The notes below the pieces were generated by a model. The model had not been told where the DNA came from. It worked only from the letters and a program-made list of their open reading frames with translations, and ran no database searches. DNA of 64,000 bases, from positions 248,001 to 312,000 of IMG/VR virus record IMGVR_UViG_3300021057_000274; one strand, given 5' to 3'. The position numbers were made by a program, and so were the translations under genes. Of the stretch, positions 54,713 to 62,931 are shown piece by piece (position 1 is the first letter of the stretch; every line of letters begins with the position of its first letter).

Positions 54713-56055
54713 TCAAGCCTGTCCCCGAGAAGGAGCTCCTCAAGATCGCGGCGGCTCTAGAGGACTACCACAAGATCTTCTACACCTTCTGGGAGATGTC
54801 GGACGTCTTGTATGACGACTCTCTCCCGACCGCGGCCGTCGAGTTCTTGAAGGGGGAGCGAAAGCCTCGGCTGTTGATCAACGAGGAGTTCTGGAAGAAG
54901 CTCAACCACCGGGAGCGGCTGTTCGTCGCTTGCCACGAGTGCCTCCACGTCATCCTCGATCACGGACAACGCAACGGGAGGGAGGTCAAGGGATCGACCC
55001 CGCACCTGGTCAACGTCGCCCAGGACATCACGATCAACGAGATGATCGTCGACGTCTTCGGTTACGAGCGCAAGGACTTCAGGAAGTGGAAGGATCTCTG
55101 CTGGATCGACACGTGCTTCGATGACCCGACGATCGTCAAGCGAAACCAGAAGTTCACGTATTACCTCGAGATGCTGATCAAGCACGGGAAGAAAGATCTT
55201 CCGAAGGTCTTCGATCGGCACCAGCCCTCTCAGTCTGACGAGAAGAAGTCGGGATCTCAGCCCAGTGACCCGAAGCCAAGCCCCGGCGACCCGAAGTCTG
55301 CTGATCCTGCGCCGACGGGTGAAGAGGAGTCTCAAGAGCAGCGTGACGCCAGGCAATCGGCGGCTGAGAAGCTCGCGGCTGATCTCTCGCCTGAGGAGAT
55401 CCATGACATCATGGAGGCTGGCGAGCTGGGCGGTGACCTGGCCGCCGCGATAAACGCGGTCCTCGGCGACAAGAAGGAGCGAGCTCGGGTGAGGTTCGCG
55501 AAGATGGTCGCTCGGCTGAAGCGGACACGAATGAAGCTCAAGGAGAGCGAATTCGAGACGTTCTCCCGAGATGATCGGCGCTTCGACGATGTCGTGCGAT
55601 CGTACGGCGCCGTGCTTCCCGGGAAGGGTGAGGCCTTCAGGCCCGCCAAGGATCGCATCCTCGCGTACGTCTACATGGACGTCTCGATGTCGTGCGTCGC
55701 GTATCTGCCGATCTTCGAGAAGATCTGGGCCGCGTTTGACGCCGAAAAGGACATCTTCGAGTGTGAGACGTACATCTTCGACACGAAGGTGACCCCTCAC
55801 AAGCCGGGAGACGACGCGCGCGTCGGCGGAGGGACCTGGTTCAACATCATCGAGGAGAGCGTTCTCGGGCGCAAGGCCGAGACAGGCCGCTACCCCGACG
55901 CGGTCTTCGTCATCACCGACGGCGACTGCGCGCCGAGTACCGCGGTCGACCCGCTGGTGCCTGAGCGATGGGTCTGGCTGCTGATCGATCGCGCCGAGCT
56001 CAAGTACATCCCGAAAGGATCTAGGTGGTACTGGATCAAGGACGTAGTTTTCTAA
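54709..56055 (+). CDS. HExxH metallopeptidase plus VWA domain protein (DUF2201-like), MoxR partner
   Basis: ACHECLHVILDH, VNVAQDITIN, YMDVSMS, GGGTWF, VITDG. Confidence 0.85.
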   Translation: MIKPVPEKELLKIAAALEDYHKIFYTFWEMSDVLYDDSLPTAAVEFLKGERKPRLLINEEFWKKLNHRERLFVACHECLHVILDHGQRNGREVKGSTPHLVNVAQDITINEMIVDVFGYERKDFRKWKDLCWIDTCFDDPTIVKRNQKFTYYLEMLIKHGKKDLPKVFDRHQPSQSDEKKSGSQPSDPKPSPGDPKSADPAPTGEEESQEQRDARQSAAEKLAADLSPEEIHDIMEAGELGGDLAAAINAVLGDKKERARVRFAKMVARLKRTRMKLKESEFETFSRDDRRFDDVVRSYGAVLPGKGEAFRPAKDRILAYVYMDVSMSCVAYLPIFEKIWAAFDAEKDIFECETYIFDTKVTPHKPGDDARVGGGTWFNIIEESVLGRKAETGRYPDAVFVITDGDCAPSTAVDPLVPERWVWLLIDRAELKYIPKGSRWYWIKDVVF

Positions 56056-56083
56056 ATCACCGCCTGATGTTACAATCTATCCG

Positions 56084-56491
56084 ATGGTAGGCACGAAGCT
56101 CTGGTCGCGGTTGAGGAAGCGTCGCGAAGCGGTTAAGGCGCAGACGCCGAAGCTCGAGAAGCCAAACTGGAGAGAGGTTCAAGTTTCAGCGGCGAGGTTT
56201 CAGGCCCAGCAAGCTCGTGAGGTCGCGAAGCGCCGAGAGCTCAATCCTGATCTCAGCCACGTGCCCAGCCTCGGCGAGTACGTGCCGCAGCCGATCGTCG
56301 ATCCGCTCGCGCACGTGCCGCCGGAGGACCGGGAGGAGTATCGCCGCCGCGAGGAGATCGCTCGCCGCGAGACGGCTGAGAAGATGAAGAAAGTGGCGCC
56401 GCTCTACAACAAGGGCGGTCCGCAGTACATCGGTGACGACCCGCAGCTCGTCGGTAGCGTCGCGTCAGGAACAAACAGGAGACGAAGCTGA
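56084..56491 (+). CDS. Hypothetical protein of T4-like phage type
   Basis: APLYNKGGPQYI motif; TACAAT at 56071-56076. Confidence 0.55.
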   Translation: MVGTKLWSRLRKRREAVKAQTPKLEKPNWREVQVSAARFQAQQAREVAKRRELNPDLSHVPSLGEYVPQPIVDPLAHVPPEDREEYRRREEIARRETAEKMKKVAPLYNKGGPQYIGDDPQLVGSVASGTNRRRS

Positions 56492-56658
56492 TGCTCAGCT
56501 GGTCGATCGGATTTTTCATCATCGCTGTCATCTCAGCCGTCTACGGATTTTCGAACATTGACCCGGCTGGCGCGCCTGAGATCGCGAGGATCATCTTCGT
56601 GGTCTCCGTCGTGTTGTTCATGTTCTCGCTGCTCGCAGAGCTGTTTCGTCGGCCATGA
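56491..56658 (+). CDS. DUF1328/YtjA-like small membrane protein (not in supplied track)
   Basis: MLSWSIGFFIIAVISAVYGFSNIDPAGAPEIARIIFVVSVVLFMFSLLAELFRRP. Confidence 0.7.
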   Translation: MLSWSIGFFIIAVISAVYGFSNIDPAGAPEIARIIFVVSVVLFMFSLLAELFRRP

Positions 56659-56822
56659 GACTGAGCTTGCTCTTGCTCGTCCTCCTGGGAGGATGCTCGC
56701 CGATCGTGGTTCATGAGGACGCGATCATCACCTGCTGGGCGAATGATCGTGTCGACGCCGACTGGATGTACTGCAAGCGAAAGCCGCGCTTTGACGGCAC
56801 TACTGGCGATCCTTCGAAGTGA
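56655..56822 (+). CDS. Small lipoprotein (not in supplied track)
   Basis: MRLSLLLLVLLGGC lipobox; two further Cys. Confidence 0.55.
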   Translation: MRLSLLLLVLLGGCSPIVVHEDAIITCWANDRVDADWMYCKRKPRFDGTTGDPSK

Positions 56823-56910
56823 AGCGTTTGATCGGTGACCTCTTATTCATCGTCGGAACGTTTACTCTCTTTCTAGTCTTGATCGCGCCGCCGGGTTCAA
56901 TTCTCTACAG

Positions 56911-57336
56911 GTGGCTTCATTGAAGATCATCGAGACCGGCCATGTCTACGACCTGAAGAACCTGGAGTCGCCTGGGTTCCAGAGGCTCACGTTCATCAAG
57001 CGGTCAGGCGGCGCGATTCAGTACGCTGACGAGCATCCGGGCACGAACACTCAAGAGGTGCTTCGCGCGCTGATCGAGCGCACCGAGTATCTCAACTCGG
57101 TCATTCCCTGCGCCGAGACTCAGGACGCAGTTTACTTTTTGCGAATGGCGCTGTACAGCTACGAGGTGAGAGCCTGGCGAAGGAAGCAAGAAAAGCTGAA
57201 CAAGAAGGCGCCGCAGCACAACGACGCGGCGACGATGAGCGCTCACCGCGACGATTTCAAGGATATTCCCTTTTCATGGCACAACATCGAGGAGTTACCC
57301 GTGGGAGAGGACGGACATGTCATTGTACAGACCTGA
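56911..57336 (+). CDS. Tad1-like cyclic-nucleotide sponge candidate
   Basis: GHVYDL...QRLTFIK...HPGTNTQEVLRALIER...ETQDAVYFLRMAL...R..RR parallels the Tad1 layout H-x-Y...IKFQKG...HGV...LL..V.DR...REN..A......AL.W...R..DR. Confidence 0.55.
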   Translation: MASLKIIETGHVYDLKNLESPGFQRLTFIKRSGGAIQYADEHPGTNTQEVLRALIERTEYLNSVIPCAETQDAVYFLRMALYSYEVRAWRRKQEKLNKKAPQHNDAATMSAHRDDFKDIPFSWHNIEELPVGEDGHVIVQT

Positions 57337-57835
57337 AGAGTTTGCTCTGGCGTTAGCTAGAGAGGTCATCGACGCCGAGGCGAAGGGTCACACTCACACC
57401 ATCTCGACTCTCGCGCTCGCGAGAGTGCTCACGGAGCAAGTGAGCACTCACACCGCGCTGACGCTCGCCCGCGCCGTTCTCAAGCTGAAAAATCCTTTGG
57501 CTCCCACGCGAGAGGATATAGAATATTTCGACCGGCGCCGCGATGAGGCGTTCGAGAACTTGAAGCTCCCTCAATTCAGGAGGAAGGATGCTGATCTCAA
57601 GAGAGGCGATCGAGGCCTTCCTAGCAAGGCCAAAGCCCAGGATGCCAGCGCACATGCTAGAGACCTATCTCCTGGAGCTGGAGGCGCGAATGCGCCTCAA
57701 CCCGTCGAGCTACACGAGGGAGACGGAGGACGGTCCAGCGCTCTTCAACGGGAACCCGGACCTGTCGTATCCGGTGATCTCGGACACTCTCCTGATCATC
57801 GAAATCCTGAAGAAAAGGTACCCGGACCTGACTGA
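57317..57835 (+). CDS. Hypothetical protein (3' part overlaps next gene)
   Basis: RBS GAGGA; internal repeat TLALAR/TLARAV. Confidence 0.4.
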   Translation: MSLYRPEEFALALAREVIDAEAKGHTHTISTLALARVLTEQVSTHTALTLARAVLKLKNPLAPTREDIEYFDRRRDEAFENLKLPQFRRKDADLKRGDRGLPSKAKAQDASAHARDLSPGAGGANAPQPVELHEGDGGRSSALQREPGPVVSGDLGHSPDHRNPEEKVPGPD

Positions 57836-57884
57836 CGAGGAGAAGCAAAAGGGTTGCTTGCGTCCAGTCTGGAGGGACATGTGA
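57588..57884 (+). CDS. Hypothetical protein
   Basis: Strong RBS AGGAGG. Confidence 0.55.
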   Translation: MLISREAIEAFLARPKPRMPAHMLETYLLELEARMRLNPSSYTRETEDGPALFNGNPDLSYPVISDTLLIIEILKKRYPDLTDEEKQKGCLRPVWRDM

Positions 57885-58087
57885 AGATCACGGTAACCGC
57901 GCGCACGGTTAAGCCCGAGATAGAGTCTGGTGACTGGACTCCTGAGGGGCAAAAACGCAGGGAGGGTCGATGGAACCAAGTCGGAGAGATCACCAATCGG
58001 TCAGACTCGCACGGCACCGTCTACGAGCTGACGTTCAAGGACAAGCATAAGGCTTGGTACGAGCCCCGGGAGCTGATCCTGGAGTGA
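57881..58087 (+). CDS. Small SH3-like hypothetical protein
   Basis: GEIT...VYELTF...AWYEPRELILE. Confidence 0.5.
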   Translation: MKITVTARTVKPEIESGDWTPEGQKRREGRWNQVGEITNRSDSHGTVYELTFKDKHKAWYEPRELILE

Positions 58088-58106
58088 ACATTCTAAGGTA
58101 AAGGGC

Positions 58107-58868
58107 ATGAGCAGAGACGACATCGGTGACAGGTTCAAGGACTACGAGGCGAGCTTCGACTATACGCTCCCTCGGCGAGTGCCCATGATCATCAGGGTAG
58201 ACGGACGAGCGTTTCACGGCATCAACCTCGAGAAGCCCTTCGACGAGCAGTTTTGGGAGTACATGGCCGCGACCGCGGTGGCCCTCTGCAAGGAGATCCA
58301 GGGCGCAGTCATGGCCTACTTCCAGTCAGACGAGATCTCGATCGTCGTGCGAGACGACTTTGACGATCGCACCGAAGCGTGGATGAAGAAGCGCTTGTCC
58401 AAGATCTTAAGCCTCTCGGCGGCGACCGCGTCGGTCTCGTTCAACGCCGCGGTGCGCGGCGCGCTGATTCAGCGTAACATCGGTGATCGCCAGTTTGACA
58501 GCCGGGTGCTCCTGGTGCCGAGCGTGTCCGAGGTGGTCAATTACATGATCTGGCGTCAACAAGACGCGATGCGCAACTCGATCAGCATGGTCGCCCAATC
58601 GATCTTTACCCAGGGGCAGCTCAACGGAGTGCCGACGATCGATCTGCTCGAGATGATTCGTGACGCCGGCCACCCTTGGGAGGATTACGCTCTCAAGTTT
58701 CAACGCGGGTGTGTCGTGCACAAGATCGCGACGATCTCTCCCTTCGTCGATCCCCGCAACGGGAGCGTCGTGACACCGACCCGAAGACACTGGAACGTGG
58801 ACATCGGGACTCCGATCTTCACGGAGCATCGTGACTACCTCAAGAGCATCTACGAAAATCACCCGTGA
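58107..58868 (+). CDS. tRNA-His guanylyltransferase Thg1-like protein
   Basis: IIRVDGRAFH, KPFD, YFQSDEISIV, FDSRV, NYMIWRQQDAMRNSI. Confidence 0.93.
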   Translation: MSRDDIGDRFKDYEASFDYTLPRRVPMIIRVDGRAFHGINLEKPFDEQFWEYMAATAVALCKEIQGAVMAYFQSDEISIVVRDDFDDRTEAWMKKRLSKILSLSAATASVSFNAAVRGALIQRNIGDRQFDSRVLLVPSVSEVVNYMIWRQQDAMRNSISMVAQSIFTQGQLNGVPTIDLLEMIRDAGHPWEDYALKFQRGCVVHKIATISPFVDPRNGSVVTPTRRHWNVDIGTPIFTEHRDYLKSIYENHP

Positions 58869-59068
58869 CGTTTTACGTCCTGCTCGCGGTGATCCAGATT
58901 CTCCCTTCTCACCCTGACTTCGGCACCCTCAAGCTCCCGGCGGTCTCTCTCACGGAGATCGTAGCTAGCTCAACCGAGTGCTACGCTAAGCTGAGGACGA
59001 TCGCCGCTAACGTTGAAGCCGAGGGCAATCTCAAGATTCGCGAAGCGAGGTGCAGCCGCTTTGAGTAG
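58865..59068 (+). CDS. Hypothetical protein
   Basis: Coupled ORF. Confidence 0.4.
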   Translation: MTFYVLLAVIQILPSHPDFGTLKLPAVSLTEIVASSTECYAKLRTIAANVEAEGNLKIREARCSRFE

Positions 59069-59072
59069 GATG

Positions 59073-59101
59073 TTTACTTTCTCGGCAGCTTGATGTACAA
59101 T
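59073..59101 (+). promoter_or_regulatory. Sigma70-like promoter
   Basis: TTTACT-17nt-TACAAT. Confidence 0.65.
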
Positions 59102-59137
59102 AATCGGGCATGAATAACATTCCAAAAAGAAAAAAGA

Positions 59138-59728
59138 TTGATCCAAAAAGAAGAACAAGCTAACGATTGGTTTAGCTCCGACCCGCACTACCACCACTCT
59201 AAGATCATCCAGTATTGCAACAGACCGTACGCCTCCAAGCAGGAGATGAACGAAGCGCTGATCGCCAACTGGAACGCGGTTGTCAAGCCTCAGGATAACG
59301 CTTATTGCCTGGGCGACTTTGTCTTCGGTGACGAGCGAGACGCGATCAAGATCGTCAATCGGCTTAACGGTAACAAGCGTTGGATCCGAGGGAATCATGA
59401 CAGCAAGCTGTGGCGAAGCAAGGAGCTGCGCTCGCTCTTCTCGTGGACCGGTGACTACCTCGAGCTGAAGATCGCTGACCCCGACGCCGATCGCGGAATC
59501 CAGATGATCTGCTTGTTCCACTACCCGATGATCGTGTGGAACAAGTCACACCGCGGCTCGTGGCACCTGCATGGCCACTGCCACAACAAGCTCAAGTACC
59601 CGTTCGAGGCTCGCATCCTCGACGTCGGTGTCGACGGTCACGGATATCGCCCGATCTCATATCAGGAGGTCAAGGCGATCATGAGAAAGAAGAAGTTCAC
59701 CGCGGTAGACCATCACGTAGAGCTCTGA
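59138..59728 (+). CDS. Calcineurin-like metallophosphoesterase
   Basis: FSSDPHYHH, CLGDF, IRGNHD, LFHYP, HLHGHCH, DVGVD. Confidence 0.9.
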   Translation: MIQKEEQANDWFSSDPHYHHSKIIQYCNRPYASKQEMNEALIANWNAVVKPQDNAYCLGDFVFGDERDAIKIVNRLNGNKRWIRGNHDSKLWRSKELRSLFSWTGDYLELKIADPDADRGIQMICLFHYPMIVWNKSHRGSWHLHGHCHNKLKYPFEARILDVGVDGHGYRPISYQEVKAIMRKKKFTAVDHHVEL

Positions 59729-59743
59729 GATGTAAATAGGCTC

Positions 59744-60310
59744 ATGGATCTCCTCCGTGAACTTATCAACGTTTCAGAAGCTACAGAGAAAGAGCTGATC
59801 GACCAGTTTGAGGACTGGGACGACAAGCAGCTCAAGCAAGCCGCTGAGATGGGCAACGAGGAGGCCGGGCGTGAGCTGTCTCGACGCGCAAAGTTCGGCA
59901 CTAGAAACTACGACAAGCCGGGTCAAAAGCCCTTCATGGAGGCGACGATCGACGCCTTCAAGCAGATGACCGAGATTAAGTTTGATCCAGATCGCACCGA
60001 TCCGGCCGACATCTTCATCGAGATGCGCAAGATCATCGCTCAGGTGGCATATACCTTCCTGGTACACGAGAAACAGCAACACGACAAGCGCCAAGCGCAT
60101 GATGAGGACGAGGACAAGACCGAGTTCAACTTCTCGTTCGACGCGCTCGCCGACGAATGCCAAGACGTGTGGCGTCAAGTCAAGACCTTCGCGGATGACA
60201 GAATGAACAGCCACAGTGACTGGCTCGAGTACATCCATGACGGCACCTTCCTAGATCTTCCGAAGGATCCTCCGCTGTCAGGTTTTGCTGGAAAAAAGAA
60301 GTCCAAGTGA
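59744..60310 (+). CDS. Putative capsid-packaged protein, leaderless late gene
   Basis: MDLLRELINVSE|A; TAAATA at 59733-59738. Confidence 0.6.
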   Translation: MDLLRELINVSEATEKELIDQFEDWDDKQLKQAAEMGNEEAGRELSRRAKFGTRNYDKPGQKPFMEATIDAFKQMTEIKFDPDRTDPADIFIEMRKIIAQVAYTFLVHEKQQHDKRQAHDEDEDKTEFNFSFDALADECQDVWRQVKTFADDRMNSHSDWLEYIHDGTFLDLPKDPPLSGFAGKKKSK

Positions 60311-60645
60311 AGCTCAAGACGTTTCTAGCTGAGGGGAAGGGCAAGCTCACCGAGAGGGACGTCGGCCGAGACGCTGAGGTGATCTTCCGCATCACCACGA
60401 ACGCCGTGAAGTTCGACGACGACATCTATGGCTTCGGCTACTTTGGTAAGATCATCGAGGTCACTGACAAGCACGTAGTGTTCGAGGCGGAGCGCGCTGG
60501 TCAGTATACGGCTTACACCGCTCCTGGAAACGGCGTCGAGCTCAAGGGCAGTCACAAGATCAAGATCACGATGGATCTAGATAAGGCGAGTCGCGTTGAC
60601 GCGCATCCAGACGATGACTTCATCGCAATTCACTTTGCTGCTTAA
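60307..60645 (+). CDS. Putative capsid-packaged protein
   Basis: MKLKTFLAE|G, very like the T4 internal-protein leader MKTYQEFIAE. Confidence 0.6.
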   Translation: MKLKTFLAEGKGKLTERDVGRDAEVIFRITTNAVKFDDDIYGFGYFGKIIEVTDKHVVFEAERAGQYTAYTAPGNGVELKGSHKIKITMDLDKASRVDAHPDDDFIAIHFAA

Positions 60646-60716
60646 TTTCACTAAAATCCGTATCACTCTTCTCAAAATGTGATACAATCGCTCTGATATT
60701 CAGAACGGAGGCGTTC

Positions 60717-61757
60717 TTGAAGGCAGAGATCAAGTGGAACGGCACCAGAGGGAAGTACGAGCTGGTCGCCAAGGGCAAGGTCCTCTCCCGCTCAAAGCGG
60801 TTTGAACACTTAGAGTACCTGGTCCGCACCCAAAAGTACGACAAGATCGTCAAGGCGGGAGTCACCGACTGCGAGGTCGTGTCACATCCTGGAGACGGCG
60901 TGACCGTCTCGACCCCAGACGCGACGGAGGTTTACGCGGGCTTCTCGATCGATGAGCGCTTCGCTCACACCGAGCAGCTCGTTTACATGGTCATCAACGG
61001 CACGGCGAAGTCTTGCCTGATCACCGGTGAGGGCGGCGTCGGAAAGACGTACCTCGTCGTCAAGTGCCTCGAGACCGCCGGCAAGGTCAACGTCAACAAG
61101 TGCGCGCCGACGATCGAAGAGCTCGAGGAGGTCAAGGTCTCCGTCGAGGACGACGAGATCGTCATCGAGCAGAAGGTCGCCAAAGCGATGAACCGTCCGA
61201 CAGGTGACTTCGTCGTCGTCAAGGGCTACGCCTCGGCCGCGGCGCTCTACCGCATTCTCTGGGAGAACCGCAACCGCATCATCATCTTCGATGACTGCGA
61301 CTCGGTGTTCAAGCACACTGACGCGCTGATGCTGCTCAAGTCAGCGCTCGACTCCTACGAGGAGCGTTGGGTAGCATGGAACGTCGAGCGCCAGCGAGAG
61401 ACCGACCTTCCGGACTCGTTTCAGTTCAAGGGAGCGATCATCTTCATCTCTAACCTCCCCCTCGAGAAGATCGATGAGGCGGTGCGCACACGCTGCTTCA
61501 AGGTCGACATCTCGATGACCAAGCAGCAGCGGATCGCTCGGATTCGCTCACAGCTTCCGAACGTCATGATCGAGAATCCAAAGGTCACGCCGCAGGTTCG
61601 CGAGGAGGCTCTCGCCCTGATGGAGAAGCACCTCAAGGTGATCAAGGATGTCAACTTCCGGTCGCTGATGAACGTCATCTCGGTGAGAATCGACCCGAAC
61701 GTCGGACAGAAGCCCGACTGGGAGAAGCTCGGTCTCTTTGTTCTCTTGGAGCGCTGA
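60717..61757 (+). CDS. AAA+ ATPase
   Basis: GEGGVGKT, IIFDDCD, IIFISN, AVRTR; TACAAT at 60683-60688; RBS GGAGG. Confidence 0.85.
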   Translation: MKAEIKWNGTRGKYELVAKGKVLSRSKRFEHLEYLVRTQKYDKIVKAGVTDCEVVSHPGDGVTVSTPDATEVYAGFSIDERFAHTEQLVYMVINGTAKSCLITGEGGVGKTYLVVKCLETAGKVNVNKCAPTIEELEEVKVSVEDDEIVIEQKVAKAMNRPTGDFVVVKGYASAAALYRILWENRNRIIIFDDCDSVFKHTDALMLLKSALDSYEERWVAWNVERQRETDLPDSFQFKGAIIFISNLPLEKIDEAVRTRCFKVDISMTKQQRIARIRSQLPNVMIENPKVTPQVREEALALMEKHLKVIKDVNFRSLMNVISVRIDPNVGQKPDWEKLGLFVLLER

Positions 61758-61758
61758 C

Positions 61759-62106
61759 ATGAAGGCGACGATGGAGCAGTACTTGGTATGGTGGGTCAAT
61801 CAGGTGGATTGCGAGGCGATCGGTGAGAAGCTCAACCAGGCTCTCCCGACGGCGCCGGTCTACTTGCAGACCCAGTACATCTCCAGATATGGCCGCGGCG
61901 GCAGAGGGAGACTCTGGATCTCTCCGCTGTTGAACTTGCCCAGCGACGTCGCGATCGACCCGTGGCCATCCACTCCGCTCGGAGAGGTTCTCGCCGGCGA
62001 TTACGGCGGCATCGTCATCAAGGCCGAGGACGCGCCGTGGGCGCTGCCAGGCGTCATCACCGATCTCAAGCTGCGCCGAGTCTACCCGATTACCGTGGAG
62101 CGCTAA
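61759..62106 (+). CDS. Hypothetical protein
   Basis: ORF in operon. Confidence 0.5.
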   Translation: MKATMEQYLVWWVNQVDCEAIGEKLNQALPTAPVYLQTQYISRYGRGGRGRLWISPLLNLPSDVAIDPWPSTPLGEVLAGDYGGIVIKAEDAPWALPGVITDLKLRRVYPITVER

Positions 62107-62109
62107 ATC

Positions 62110-62673
62110 ATGTCCTCTCTCCGTGAGCAACTCCTCCAGCTTCTGGCCAACAAGGGGCACTCGCCCGTCGTCGAGGTCATCGGCATCATCTTCGATGACC
62201 AGTATCTCGAGAAGGGCATGCAAGCTCGCGTAGTCGAGATTCATGAGGGGGTCGAGGGCGATCCCCAGATGGACGAGATCATCCTCGACTTCAGCGACTT
62301 TGTCAGATCGAACCGGGCTCTCGAGCGACCCTCCTACTACGATCGAGCTGGCGTGCCGCGCTTGACCGCGACGGAGTCAGGGCACGTCCCGAAGAACAAT
62401 CGGGAAGAGATCTACATCATGCACGACCAGTACGACAAGTGCTTGAAGCTCAACGACCGCCCGCTCTTCTTCGAATATCTTCGTCTGGTCGAGAGCGGAG
62501 ACATCGGTAGATCGACTCCGATGGTCACCTACGTTGAGTGGCTTGAGCGCGGCGACGCGGCGTTTCGCAAGGCGGCCGAGATCGTGCGCGAGCAGGGTAA
62601 GCTCCACAGGTGCAGCGCGCTCTCGATCGAGAGCACTTGCGCGGCGCTCTACGCGGCGAAGCTCGATGGCTAA
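62110..62673 (+). CDS. Hypothetical protein
   Basis: ORF in operon. Confidence 0.5.
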   Translation: MSSLREQLLQLLANKGHSPVVEVIGIIFDDQYLEKGMQARVVEIHEGVEGDPQMDEIILDFSDFVRSNRALERPSYYDRAGVPRLTATESGHVPKNNREEIYIMHDQYDKCLKLNDRPLFFEYLRLVESGDIGRSTPMVTYVEWLERGDAAFRKAAEIVREQGKLHRCSALSIESTCAALYAAKLDG

Positions 62674-62893
62674 GGAGCACTTGAAGCTTCCCGAGTTCGA
62701 CAGGGTCGAGAAAGAGCTCGAGCTCATCTCGAGCGACTCCAACGTTCGCCTCGTGGTTGACTTCGACGACGTTAACCATGACGTCGTGGAGGAGCTGACG
62801 AAGCTGATCGTCAAGGCGGTCAATAACATTCCCGTCGAGGAGTGGAGAGGGGCTGTCAAGGCGGGTAGAGATCGTCATCGGGAAGATCACTAA
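62666..62893 (+). CDS. Hypothetical protein
   Basis: Overlapping start; ORF in operon. Confidence 0.45.
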   Translation: MAKEHLKLPEFDRVEKELELISSDSNVRLVVDFDDVNHDVVEELTKLIVKAVNNIPVEEWRGAVKAGRDRHREDH

Positions 62894-62923
62894 ATTCCTA
62901 GCTCTTCCAGAGTGTGTTAGAAT
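62891..62923 (+). promoter_or_regulatory. TAAAT-N20-GTTAGAAT promoter before dCMP deaminase
   Basis: Same spacing as 34501 and 46459. Confidence 0.6.
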
Positions 62924-62931
62924 TTCACTCT

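Noticed and set aside
54757-55800. Long antisense ORFs (also 49415..50254, 39720..40685, 34648..35427 and others)
   Set aside because: Shadow frames of GC-rich genes with strong codon bias; no motifs, RBS or promoters
56860-56915. GGTTCAATTC resembling a tRNA T-loop
   Set aside because: No T-stem or acceptor pairing; it lies inside a small hydrophobic ORF
56911-57336. Acb2 assignment
   Set aside because: Lacks the GYR(D/E)L and W-x-x-I-x-x-T-x-x-Q-x-G signatures; Tad1 layout fits better
59130-59136. dnaX-type A_AAA_AAG -1 frameshift site, in phase with the upstream ORF
   Set aside because: A -1 shift meets TGA at 59139 and does not reach the phosphoesterase frame, which is +1
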